Positions 46,989-57,599 of a DNA stretch of 64,000 bases are shown here, piece after piece. Made by a program: the position numbers and the translations under genes. This stretch comes from an uncultured delta proteobacterium (lineage in GTDB: Bacteria > Desulfobacterota > RBG-13-43-22). Position 1 is the first letter of the stretch; the number at the start of each line of letters is the position of its first letter. Below the pieces are notes generated by a model that ran no database searches, was not told the origin of the DNA, and was given only the letters and a program-made list of their open reading frames with translations. The stretch spans positions 640,001 through 704,000 of the forward strand of contig CAWBOS010000006.1 of assembly GCA_963790475.1 (NCBI GenBank). Reading direction: 5' to 3'.

Positions 46989-48348
46989 TTAACTTAAGAG
47001 AAAAACTCTGTCTTTACTATCCTTTATGGTTTCGGATTTAATAACAATATCCGGATTTGAGGTATACATACGTGCAGGATTACGTCTTCGTCCTGGACGG
47101 CGTTTCTCGACGACGCCACGGCTTTTTTTTCGATATATCTGTCGGTCACGGGGAAAGTGCCGGTTAGGTTTGCATTGGACACGATGACGAGAGCAACATA
47201 GCACAAAGGCTGCGTAGAGGGAAGACCAGAGTGAAACCTCGGGCGTAGACAATAAAAGTTTTAAAAATAAACGGGTCTCCGTGAGCGCACGGGAAAAGCT
47301 AAGTTGAGCGACGGAGAGGTTGGCCAAACAACTGGCTTCGAGCATGGCCAGGCGGATGAGGCACAGGGCAATCATGTGCACCAGGAGTTCCTGATGAAAA
47401 GAGGTGGGAGATTTACAATGCCAGGAAGTGGCTTTCAGAGTGTGTTTAAAATCGCGATAGAAGGTCTCGATGTCCCAACGCAGGTGGTAGAGGTTGGCCA
47501 GTTCTGAAACGGGGAAAAGGAAGGGGTCTAGAAGAGAGGTGAGCAGACGTCGCCGGCGAAAGCCGTTTCGATAAACAAAAACAACACGGACGGTAAGAGT
47601 AGTATTAGCGGTGGAGTCGGTGATCTGGCAAAGATAATCTCCTGGGCCAAGGGCTTGGATTACTTGGGGACGGTTAGTCGTCTTAGTGGGCATGATGAAG
47701 TGGGCCTGCCGCGAGAGGATTTTGTTGAAGGTGGCGTGGTTGTAAAAGCCGGTGTCTAACAGAAGCAGATCCCCCTTTTTAAGGTATGGGATGAATTTGC
47801 GGATGAGCTTGTGCTCCGAGGTACAGATTTTGTCGAAGACGAATCGAAGGGGAGCACGACTGATCAGATCAAAGAGACAACAAAGTTCGACGGCAATCGG
47901 CCCCAATCCCTGCTGGCCTTTGTGGGCGCCGAAACATTGGTAAAGGGATTTTGATTCGGGTAAGGCGAGAGTGGTCTTGTCGCTGGCCAGCAGGCGCAAC
48001 CCATGCCAACGACGGTGTTGGTCCTTACCGGCATTTTGGAGACGGGAAACCAAAACGCCATAAACCCAAGATAGAGCCTCCAGGGGAAAAACGGGACCGG
48101 GCTTTGCAGAAAGCGGCTACGGAAATGGACCAGGGGATGCCGAGCTGTCCGGTAGCCAAGCGGAGGATCTCGTGAAGGCCGGATCGATGAGTATCCAAGG
48201 AGACGGCCAACATCAGCCAAAGCGTTTCTAATGTGGCCAACTTGCGATGACGGACCCATTCATTTTTCAAATACCGTCGGTCTTCCAGCCCGGACACCAG
48301 AGCTGGATCGAGCCATTGAGTAAGCAATCGCAGATCAGGTTTTGACAT
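46989..48348 (-). CDS. IS4-family transposase split by a +1 frameshift at TTTTTCCCC
   Basis: MSKPDL...FCKARSRF, then PLEAL...ASDKT, LLLDTG, YHLRWDIETFYRDFK (YREK motif); stop lies inside the IR. Confidence 0.85.
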
Positions 48349-48700
48349 GGGTTTTCTCCTTTCCTTTGATGAGGGAAAATGTGGCTGGTGCGGTCTGTTT
48401 AAGCAAAATGCCCTGGCGAGCCTTTTTAGCCAAGGCACTGGACAAGGTGTCCCGGTCGGTGAGACGTCCGAAACGTTGCTGAAGAAATTGGACGAGCTCA
48501 TTGACATGTAAGGGTTTCCGATGTTCAGTAAGTAAATTAATGGACAAATCGACAAGAGACTGACGTCTTCTTCCCTTTCGAGGGGAAATGACCGGCTCAA
48601 TCTCAGTTTTTCCTTGAAGCTGACGAATGGCCCGTAACTGATAATCAAGCTGAAGTTCAATGACTTGAAGAAAGACTTCTTTAAGATCCTCTTTTTTCAT
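48335..48700 (-). CDS. IS-borne accessory protein, HARE-HTH-like winged helix
   Basis: GGAGG + ATG 48700; N-terminal helix then LL.EHRKPLHVNELV..L...SAL.K. Confidence 0.7.
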   Translation of the reverse strand: MKKEDLKEVFLQVIELQLDYQLRAIRQLQGKTEIEPVISPRKGRRRQSLVDLSINLLTEHRKPLHVNELVQFLQQRFGRLTDRDTLSSALAKKARQGILLKQTAPATFSLIKGKEKTHVKT

Positions 48701-49366
48701 GGAAAGAACCTCCAAGGGATAAGGAATTGAAAGCAAGTAAGTTGTTTTACAGTATTACTAATTAATAAACTGACATTTGTCAAGAAATAAATCGGGGACT
48801 CCAGAGAAAACAAAAAGGATTGAGGGAAAAAGGGGAAGTGATGGGTAAGTCAGAAAATAATATAACTTATTGTAATTAAAGTGCTTATCCTTAAGTTAAT
48901 GGCATTGGGTCGGGCCACGGGAACCAATTGATCTGATATGAGATACTGTCAATTCTGACCCCTAAAATTGGCCTATATTACGTTTTTTAAGGCCCAAAAG
49001 GCCGTTATTGAAGGAAGAAATGTAAAAGATAATGGCGGAGAACATAGACTCAGGGAAGGGGCTGCTTCCTAATAAGATTCTTTTCGGGGCTAAAAAAGGC
49101 GATATAAGTCTTTAAAAACTGGTTTTCTGATGCATTAATTTTTAATTATCAATAAATTGTCGTGGCCCTCAAATGGATTTATCTTAACCTTCCCGTTGAC
49201 AAAAGAAGTCGCTGGAACTTATAGGGGTTATAAGGGAAAGGCGCATAAAAGAGGCCTCCCTCCGACAAGGTATTACAGACAAACTCCTTGGCCGTACTTC
49301 TAAAATGAGCTGAACTGGAATATTGGCCTTAGGAAAAAAATTTTTCATCGAGGAGGAGATAATTGC

Positions 49367-50475
49367 ATGGCTGAGACAAGATCTTATTTCCCGGGGCGGG
49401 GCACCTGTAAAAAAATCGAACCAAAGGAGGCTGGATTCGATCCTGATCACTTACAATTGGCGGTCACTTATGCTATTGAATCCGAAATTAAATGGCCCCA
49501 TGACATGAATGTAATCATAGGTGCCATCGATCGTCCTCCCCACAATATACCCCTCGGACCGGTAAAGGAGCGCGGCCAGGCAACAGGATTGATTGTAAAG
49601 AATGGTTACCTGGTAGCATCCTGGGGGGATCCTGAACGGGCTGACATGACCTTCAGCGCAACCAAAAGCTTTATTTCCATCCTGATAGGGCTGGCCGTGG
49701 ATAGAGGTTTGATCAAAAGTGTCGATGATTGGGTGATCGATTATGTCCGGCATGATTCATTTGATACCACCCAAAACAGAAAGATAACCTGGAAGCATCT
49801 CCTGCAGCAAACCAGCGAGTGGGAGGGAGAATTGTTCGGTATTCCGGATACGGTTGATCATAATCGATCAGTGCAAGGCGGGGCTGATACGACTGTAAAA
49901 AAGGGAGACAAGCGGGCGCTGCTTACACCGGGAAGCTATTGGGAATACAATGACGTGCGTGTAAACGCTCTGGCTTTGGCCGCCCTTTACGTTTTCAAGG
50001 AGCCCCTGCCTCGGGTGCTGGCACGAGAAATTATGCAGCCTGTCGGAGCCTCCGATACCTGGGAATGGCATGCCTATAAAAATGCAGAAGTTACCATCGA
50101 GGGGAAGAAGATGTATTCGGTACCGGGGGGCGCTCATTGGGGAGGGGGCTTTTCATCAGCACGTTAGATCTTGCCCGAACAGGATATCTAATGCTCCGCC
50201 GTGGAAACTGAAACGGGCAGCAGTTGATTTCCGAAGACTGGATCGATCAGTCCTTGACTGCCGGTCAACTGAATCCTGGATATGGATATATGTGGTGGCT
50301 GAACATCGAGAACCGGATGTTCGGAAGTGCCTCGGATAAAGCTTTTGCCGCCGTGGGAGCTGGCGGGAATGTTGTCTTTATGGACCCAAAATATGACCTG
50401 GTTATCGTTACCCGGTGGACACAGAATCATGGGAATGTCATAGATCGGATTGTCCGTTCGCTTAACAACAGCTAA
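49367..50475 (+). pseudogene. Serine hydrolase (beta-lactamase/AmpC-like) pseudogene
   Basis: FSATKS, WEYND, HWGGG; frameshift in a G-run near 50145 and in-frame TGA at 50208 (RRGN*NGQQ). Confidence 0.88.
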
Positions 50476-51089
50476 GTTGGAATAGTTTAAACTTACTCTG
50501 CCCTTCCCTCTATAGGTCTTCTGCGGCCTTCGCCTCCCTCCCAGGGGAAAAGAGGCCGTGGAAAACCTGGCCCGCTCAAGTGTGCCTGGGAATAATCATT
50601 TATTTGCCCAAAGTGGGACAAAATTTGTTCGATTATAGCAATTTAATACTATCTTTCCCGCTCGATCTTGATCTTCCATAATTTCTTATTAACCGTAACC
50701 TGCCAAACTAATTATTATTTCTCATTCAAATCCTTTGAAGGTCTGGTAATTGCAGTTATGCAAACCGAATCTAAGCAGTAAGTTTGGCCTTTCGGCTTTT
50801 TACCAGAGAAAAGAATTTCTGTGAGACATTTCAGGCATGAGGTTTTGAAAGCAGTTGATGGGTCGAGGTGGCTGAAATAACTGTTCCCGGAGTCGACTTA
50901 TTGAAAATTTTTGGTTGAGAAGAGAAAATGCAAACCGGCAATCATAGTTGCAGGAGCCGGCAAAAACAGAGGTCGCTACTTGATGATAAAGTCTATGAAA
51001 CTGTAGTCATAAAGAAAGAAGACCTAAAGCCCATCTCAAATTGAAGAGATGTCCTGGCCAGACAATAACAACTTAAAGGAAGAGTCCCT

Positions 51090-52376
51090 ATGAAAAAGAA
51101 TAAGAGATCATTTCTAAAATGTTTTGCGCTCATTTTGTTCATTTTTTTATCTTCAGCCGTTTTCGCTTCCGACAATCCTCTTAAGGTAAACCCAAATCCC
51201 TGCCGACAGCAGCCCAACCAACATTGCGGAAAAGATTGTATTAATAAAATTCAAGAAATGGTGGACACCTTTAGAAAAGAATCGGACATCCCGGGGATGC
51301 AGCTCAGTTTGAATTTCTTTAAACAACCCCTGCAAGTCTATTGCAGCGGCAGCACCACCATGGAAGGCCAGGACCCGATCACCCCAAAAACCAAATTCAC
51401 CATCGCCAGCACAACCAAGTCCTATACGGCCGCCATAGTACTGCAATTGGTACAGGAAGGTAAATTGAGTCTCGGTGATAAGTTGGGAAAATGGTTTGGC
51501 AGCGGGCCCAAAGGTGAATATCCCCAATGGAGTGAAAACACCGTTTTCCAATTATTGCACATGACCAGCAATATCGGCGATTATTTCGATGGTGACAATG
51601 GCCGATTTCAAAAAGTCTATGAAAGCGATCCCACCCATAATTGGTCATTAAAGGAGCTATGCGATTATGTTTACAACGGCAACACCCTTTGTAAGCGTGT
51701 GGATGCGAACTCTCGATTCTGCGCTGAAAAACCCGGAGAAGGTTGGATGTACTCCAACACCAATTACCTTTTGTTGGAAAGGATCATTGAAAAGGTTACT
51801 CAAAAGTCCTTGAAAGATCTGATCTATTCCCGCATATTTAAGCCGCTTAAACTATCGGATAGTGTATTTCTTCCGGATGAAAACCCGGCCACCATCAAAA
51901 ATATTTCCCATGCCTACAACAACGATCCTAAAGGTCTTTTCTACCTCAAAGACGTCATTCACTTCAGTCTATCGGCGGCCCGGGGGGCAGGAGCGGTGGT
52001 CTGTACCACCGGTGATTTGGCCAAGTGGATAGAGAGTCTGTTCGGCGGAAAAATGTTTAACGAGAAATACATGAAAAAATATATGAAAGAAGTAGTATGC
52101 GTGAAGGACAGTGAGGAGTGCAAGGCCGGGGAGATAGCGCCAGATGAAAGCAAAACACCGGCCTATGGTTATGGGATGATGAGGTTGTATGATGAGAAGA
52201 CAAAAAACACTATTTGGTTTCATCCCGGAGGATCGGAGGGGATGGGAACATTGTTTATGTATGATCCGAAGAACAATTTTACCTTAAGCTATTCGATGAA
52301 TAAGACCCCGCTCGCCAATGCCAGAAATTTTCAATCTGAAGTATATGCCTACATCGTAAGCCAACTTAAAAAATAG
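51090..52376 (+). CDS. Secreted serine hydrolase (D-Ala-D-Ala carboxypeptidase / class C beta-lactamase fold)
   Basis: Signal peptide, ASTTKS (SxxK), YSNTNY, HPG. Confidence 0.9.
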   Translation: MKKNKRSFLKCFALILFIFLSSAVFASDNPLKVNPNPCRQQPNQHCGKDCINKIQEMVDTFRKESDIPGMQLSLNFFKQPLQVYCSGSTTMEGQDPITPKTKFTIASTTKSYTAAIVLQLVQEGKLSLGDKLGKWFGSGPKGEYPQWSENTVFQLLHMTSNIGDYFDGDNGRFQKVYESDPTHNWSLKELCDYVYNGNTLCKRVDANSRFCAEKPGEGWMYSNTNYLLLERIIEKVTQKSLKDLIYSRIFKPLKLSDSVFLPDENPATIKNISHAYNNDPKGLFYLKDVIHFSLSAARGAGAVVCTTGDLAKWIESLFGGKMFNEKYMKKYMKEVVCVKDSEECKAGEIAPDESKTPAYGYGMMRLYDEKTKNTIWFHPGGSEGMGTLFMYDPKNNFTLSYSMNKTPLANARNFQSEVYAYIVSQLKK

Positions 52377-52394
52377 TGCTCCTGCCCCGTCGGA

Positions 52395-52660
52395 ATGTAT
52401 GAGCTTCAGCAGACCAATGCTACCCAAAATCTTTTCGGTATATGGCTGGAAAGGAGTGATCGGTCCGATGGGACTTTGCGGGTTCCTTCCCTACTGGGCG
52501 GCTCTCTTGGTCATGCTGGCGACCGCTCATTCATCCTGCAAAAGGCTGGGGGATTACAGCGGATCTTCAGCTATATCGCCTTCGCGCCAATGCGGGGCGT
52601 GGCGGTTTTCATCGCTATCAACAAATTCGAATTCGCTGCCGCTGCGGCCCTGGCTGAAGG
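52395..52660 (+). pseudogene. AmpH-like serine hydrolase C-terminal remnant
   Basis: ILQKAGGLQRIFSYIAFAPMRGVAVFIAINKFEF. Confidence 0.65.
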
Positions 52661-52923
52661 CTCGTTTCCTCAGGTCTTTGCTTTCTCATTGACCCTGTCT
52701 CTTTCTCGTTTTATACTGCCTTCTAAGAAAGCAAGTCTTATCAAAAATTGGGTAAAGATTGCAGGAGAATGAATTTATGGGCGGGGAGTAGTTGGGTTTT
52801 TACGAACAGAAAGATAAAAGAAGTAGGATTTGACGTAGTTTATCACGTAGCCGATTACGTTCCCTCCGGGGTGGAAGCAATCAATAAGAATTTCGCCACT
52901 AAAATTAGTATTAGGAGGGCTTG

Positions 52924-53271
52924 ATGAATAACTGGGCCGATAATATAGAGATGACCGTAATGCATTGCGATACCGAAGGCAGGGTTACTTACATGAACAA
53001 GAAGTGTGGAGAGATGTTCGAAAAGTTTGGTGGCCTGGAGCTCATGGGCAAGGACATCTTCGACTGTCACCCCGAGCGAGCAAAGGCAAAGCTTAAGGAG
53101 ATCATGGACAGGAGGGTTTCACACTCTTATTCGATAGAAAGGGATGGACGGAAAACCATGCTCCACTCATTTCCGCTGTTAAACGATAAGGGCGCATATA
53201 TAGGTTTTGGGGAAATAACTTACGACATCCCTTATGATATGCCGCATTTTGTAAGAGATAAGAAGCGCTAA
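52924..53271 (+). CDS. Stand-alone PAS domain protein
   Basis: CDTEGRVTYMN, LMGKDIFDCHP; AGGAGG RBS. Confidence 0.85.
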   Translation: MNNWADNIEMTVMHCDTEGRVTYMNKKCGEMFEKFGGLELMGKDIFDCHPERAKAKLKEIMDRRVSHSYSIERDGRKTMLHSFPLLNDKGAYIGFGEITYDIPYDMPHFVRDKKR

Positions 53272-53317
53272 AAAAGTAAGTTATAGTTGCCGGCGCTCGT
53301 TTCTGACTTTACTGGTT

Positions 53318-53372
53318 TGTGAAAGTCAGGATTTGACTATGCGGACATTGTCAAATTTAATGGTCACTTCCT
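53318..53372 (+). repeat. 55-bp direct repeat, copy 2
   Basis: See 44925-44979. Confidence 0.9.
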
Positions 53373-53604
53373 ATAATCCTCTTGGGCTTCTTTCAGGCTC
53401 CAAAGGGAGAAAGGTGGATGGAGCAGGATGGTGTCAAAAGTACAAAGTCCTTCCACACAGAATAATTTTTTGGTGTTCATAATCGAATTATATAAATTAT
53501 GCTGTCTAAGTTCCATAATTAGTAGGAATATCATAGCTGAAAAAATGATTTATGATGAATGTTAAGGTTTGGAGCATGAATAACATTCTTGTCGAGATGG
53601 GACA

Positions 53605-54879
53605 TCATATTTTCCGGATGTCTTCGGAGGCAATGCCACTCATTAGTGCCAATACCAGAGCAACTATGCTGAAGGAGGCGATCGTATGTGGCGTACCAAT
53701 TAGATGGCTGGCAACAATCCCCATGGCCAGGCTACCAAAAGGACTCAACCCCATCACCAGGGAGTAGAAGGCTAGCACTCTCCCCCGGTACTCGTCGTCG
53801 ACATGGAGCTGCAACAGCGTCTGATTAAACGAGGAGAAAATAACCAGCGCCATGCCGCCCAGAATAAGAAGGAACAGAGAAAGTACGTAGATGCGCGAGA
53901 ATGAGAAGGCCAAGATCATCGTCATGTAAATAGCCAATGCGATACTGGCAATCGCCCCTTTCTTGGGCCTTCTGGAGAAGTAGGCCACCAGGAGAGCGCT
54001 TATCACCGATCCGATCCCGACGCCGGTCTGCAGCCAGCCGTATCCCAGGGCGCCGACGTGCAGATAGTTCTTGGCCATAAGTGGCATGAGTTGTAGGTAA
54101 GGGAAGACAAGCACCGTCGGGATTAGCTGCAGGATAATTAGACGTAATAGCACGCGATGACGAAATAGATAACTTGCTGCTGCACGAGTGCTGGCGAGCA
54201 TTGATTCGCTCATCGACGGAGCTGCCTGAGTCAGCCGCATAGAGATCAGACTCAGAGTCGCGATGGTGAAGAAGATTGCTTCCCCGAAGAACGCCGCGGA
54301 AATGCTGAAGCCGATTATGAAACCGGCCAGCCCCGGCCCGACAGTCCGGGCCGCATTATTGGCCATTGAGTTCAAGGCAATCGCGTTGGACAATTGGTCA
54401 TTGGGCACCGAGTCATAAACCAGATATTGCCGTACCGGATTATAGATGCTGCCCGACAATCCACCAATCGACGATGCTACATAAATCTGCCACATTTCCA
54501 CCCCGTGGAAAACCAGTAGCAGAGCAATTGCCAATGCCGAAAGCCCGTTTACCATCGACGCGACGCCGGCGAGCACCCTCCGGTCGATGCGATCAGAGAG
54601 CCACCCGACAAACAGGGAAAACGACACGTAGGTTACCCCGCGGATGAACTGTACCAGACCGAGCTGGAACGCCGAGTTCGTAAGCTGCGCGACCAGCCAG
54701 CCCTGCCCGATTTGCTCCATCCACATCGCAAAGCTCGCGGCAGCAGTGCCGCTCAGCAGAAAGCGAAAATTATGGCTGCGGAGTGAACTGAACGTCCCCA
54801 TCAAAAGCCCCGAAGGCCTTGAAGAATAGGGAACCCTAACGGATTTTGATTTTGTTCTGGGAAAATATTTCTTAATCAA
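53605..54879 (-). CDS. MFS transporter (DUF894/MFS_3 family)
   Basis: FSSLRSHNFR, GWLSDRIDRR, NAIALNS, YRGRV; start uncertain. Confidence 0.9.
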   Translation of the reverse strand: MIKKYFPRTKSKSVRVPYSSRPSGLLMGTFSSLRSHNFRFLLSGTAAASFAMWMEQIGQGWLVAQLTNSAFQLGLVQFIRGVTYVSFSLFVGWLSDRIDRRVLAGVASMVNGLSALAIALLLVFHGVEMWQIYVASSIGGLSGSIYNPVRQYLVYDSVPNDQLSNAIALNSMANNAARTVGPGLAGFIIGFSISAAFFGEAIFFTIATLSLISMRLTQAAPSMSESMLASTRAAASYLFRHRVLLRLIILQLIPTVLVFPYLQLMPLMAKNYLHVGALGYGWLQTGVGIGSVISALLVAYFSRRPKKGAIASIALAIYMTMILAFSFSRIYVLSLFLLILGGMALVIFSSFNQTLLQLHVDDEYRGRVLAFYSLVMGLSPFGSLAMGIVASHLIGTPHTIASFSIVALVLALMSGIASEDIRKI

Positions 54880-55331
54880 ATGACTAAAGACCTCCTCTAT
54901 CGAACTAAGAATTGTACCCTTTCTTGGTGGCTATGGCGAAGAGACCAAACCCGTTTCTATTTCGAACACAATACTTAAGCCCTTCTGCGTTGATGCTACT
55001 GCCTCGGCAATCCCCTTGCCTCTATTTTTTCCTTTGATAGTGTCTTTCTCGTCTTATGTTATTTCCATCAAAAAGGAAATAAAAAAAGCCCAAAAAAGTA
55101 ATCAAGGAACCAAGGGGTTATTGACCTAAAGGTTCAAAAAAAATTATTTTCCGTAATCCTTAGAACTATTCAACGGGACGTAGAAATTCCATTTTTTCGA
55201 GATTTGACGGCTGGCCAAAATCCATATCCTTAAACTCCTCTCCTACTGATCCGGTAAAAGCAATTTTAACTTTGTCAGTCTTCAGTCGACTTGGTAAAGA
55301 ATTGAAGTATCTGAACAGGTGATGAGCTGGC

Positions 55332-56672
55332 CTAAGAGGATTTTCTTGTCCCGGTGTATAGTGAAACACCCCGGAGAGACTTCGGCGGTATAGCAAAGAA
55401 AACGGCCACAATAGCCGATAGACTGGCAATCCCAAAGATAGTGAAGGCAATCCCGTAATCCTGAGTAGCGTCAAAAATAAGGCCGGCGATGGTCGGGCCG
55501 AAAGAAGACCCCATTTGGGTGAACAACCCGGAAAAACCGATAATCGTGCCGAAGGAAACCATGCCGAAACAATCGCCGATCAAAAGAGACTGCATCATAA
55601 CGATTCCGCCCATGGTTAGACCGAAGACAAAGGTCCCGATATAAAGAACCACCACCTGGTGGAAGTGGGCCATAAAAAGAACGGCTATTCCCTGGAGTAA
55701 AAAACAAAAAATGGCCACGAACCGCTTATCAAAACGGTCGGCAATCGATCCAAGAAACAGACGACTGACAACACTGGCTCCGGTCGTAACGCTCACCGCC
55801 TTGGCCGCCGCCCCGGCCGTACCCAAGGTTTGGGTCAAGAAAGACACCTGGTGAACGAGAAAGGCGAGCTGGCCGGTCTGGGCCAGCAAAAAACCTATGA
55901 CAATAGCCCAGAAGGCGGTGGTATGCATCGCTTCAACCCGTGTCCAGACGCGCATCTGCGGAGCGAAGGAGATTCGTCTGTCCAATATGTCTAAGGATAA
56001 GGGAGGCGGCCGTTGGCCATCGGGAAATTGGCCCACATCCGCCGGATGTTGTTTGATAACAAAAAGGGCTATCGGAATGATCACCAGGCAATAAATACCC
56101 CCCAAGGTGGGTAAGGCCGTCTGGAGACCCCAGTGGGAGATCAGATAGACGGTAAAAGGCACCATGATCATCCCGCCCAAGCTTAGACCACTCATGGTCA
56201 ATCCCATGGCCAATCCCCGCTTGAAGACAAACCAGTTGGCGATCAGAGCGCTAATGGTTAGCGTGGAAGCACAACTCGTTCCAAAAGACAGGAGCAAGTA
56301 GACCGCAAATAATTGCCAGAGTTGGGTAATCCGGCTCAAAAGAAAGAATCCGATTCCGAAAATAATAGAACCCAGGATGAGAAGAGGTTTTGAGCCGAAC
56401 CGATCAACGGCCCGCCCCACCACCATACCCAAGACGCCGGTGGCGGCAAAATACATAGTCAGCGCATATGAGATAATTCCCTTGGACCATCCATAATGGA
56501 CCCGCAGGGGATCCAAAATAGCGCCGTGGCTGTAAAAACCAATGCCGCAGGAAAAAACCAGGGTAATCATACTTCCGGAAACGATCCACCAGCCATAAAA
56601 ACCTCTTCGGGACCTTTCAGGGGATGGAACGACAGACAGCATTGAGGATGAATTCTTATCAGATTCAGACAT
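55332..56672 (-). CDS. MFS transporter (OFA/MCT-like)
   Basis: FYGWWIV, GRAVDRFGSK, WF..KRGLAMG, G.IFDATQDY. Confidence 0.9.
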   Translation of the reverse strand: MSESDKNSSSMLSVVPSPERSRRGFYGWWIVSGSMITLVFSCGIGFYSHGAILDPLRVHYGWSKGIISYALTMYFAATGVLGMVVGRAVDRFGSKPLLILGSIIFGIGFFLLSRITQLWQLFAVYLLLSFGTSCASTLTISALIANWFVFKRGLAMGLTMSGLSLGGMIMVPFTVYLISHWGLQTALPTLGGIYCLVIIPIALFVIKQHPADVGQFPDGQRPPPLSLDILDRRISFAPQMRVWTRVEAMHTTAFWAIVIGFLLAQTGQLAFLVHQVSFLTQTLGTAGAAAKAVSVTTGASVVSRLFLGSIADRFDKRFVAIFCFLLQGIAVLFMAHFHQVVVLYIGTFVFGLTMGGIVMMQSLLIGDCFGMVSFGTIIGFSGLFTQMGSSFGPTIAGLIFDATQDYGIAFTIFGIASLSAIVAVFFAIPPKSLRGVSLYTGTRKSS

Positions 56673-56715
56673 AACCCAATCAATTACCCACTTTCTGGTA
56701 TCAATCTGGTGAAAT

Positions 56716-57177
56716 TTATGATTTGGTCGTATCCGGGGCACAACTGTTTTTTGTAATAACGAGCACGGGTTGCGATGACTTTTTTATCACTATCTTTGAG
56801 ACAGATCTCCAGAGCAATCGTTTAAAAATATTTTTCCCATAAGAACCGATAATGATCAAAGAGATATTTTCTTTTTGTGTTTCTTCTAATATTTCTTTCC
56901 AAATGATTCCTGTCGCAACTTTTGCTTTAACCTTAAACCCTTGGTCTAACAATTCAAGGGCCACCATTTCCAAATTTCTTTTAGCCTCTTTTATCGATCC
57001 TTCGATAAGTTTTTGTACTAGTTTAGGATCGTCAGCCAGCATATCTAAATATTTGTCTTCAACTGCTGCTAAAACGACTACTTCTTCCGTCCCCGAATTT
57101 CTTAACAGTTTAATATATTCAAGGGCCTTTTTTGCTACCTCGGAAAAATCAGTAAGGAAAAGAATTTTTTTGAACAT
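56716..57177 (-). CDS. Universal stress protein
   Basis: MFKKIL..TDFSE, LIIIGSYG, PVLVI. Confidence 0.9.
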   Translation of the reverse strand: MFKKILFLTDFSEVAKKALEYIKLLRNSGTEEVVVLAAVEDKYLDMLADDPKLVQKLIEGSIKEAKRNLEMVALELLDQGFKVKAKVATGIIWKEILEETQKENISLIIIGSYGKNIFKRLLWRSVSKIVIKKSSQPVLVITKNSCAPDTTKS

Positions 57178-57599
57178 CTTTATTACTCCTAAAAGGAGGA
57201 ATATTTAAGAGTAACCCTCATAACTTACATAAAAATGGTTTTGGACTTGCTTCAAGGTATTTTCCCAAACCATAGGACCATGAAGGACGGGCTCCAACCC
57301 ATCCACTTTCCAAAAACAAATCAAACGTCTGTTTTCGTTTGTTCATATTTTGATTAGAATTTTATCATAGAGGTCCAATATAAAGCACAAAGCACCAGAA
57401 AGATCCAGGCGAGCGGAAATAAACTAATAAGAATTAATTTTTTCATGGCCGAATCCTTCATTCTTATCACCTTACTCTTCATGCTTAATGACCAGCTACA
57501 GCTTTGCCGGTTTAAGTTTTGATAAAGAATGTGAAGGGTTTAATATGATTGAATCGATATTTCGGCTTTTTTATGACCATCCTTTTCCAACCCTTCTCT

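Larger units (their letters stand above)
46981..48907 (-). mobile_element. IS4-family insertion sequence (1927 bp) with accessory ORF
   Basis: IRs TAATGCCGTTAACTTAAG / CTTAAGTTAATGGCATTG (16/18); 9-bp target duplication GGTCGGGCC at 46972-46980 and 48908-48916. Confidence 0.93.

Noticed and set aside
50205-50213. TGA recoding (Sec/Trp) in the serine hydrolase
   Set aside because: The same gene also has a frameshift and TGA serves as a normal stop elsewhere in the window; simple decay is more likely.
54880-55330. Possible gene fragments between the two MFS genes
   Set aside because: Short open stretches without a start or an identifiable family; cannot be supported.
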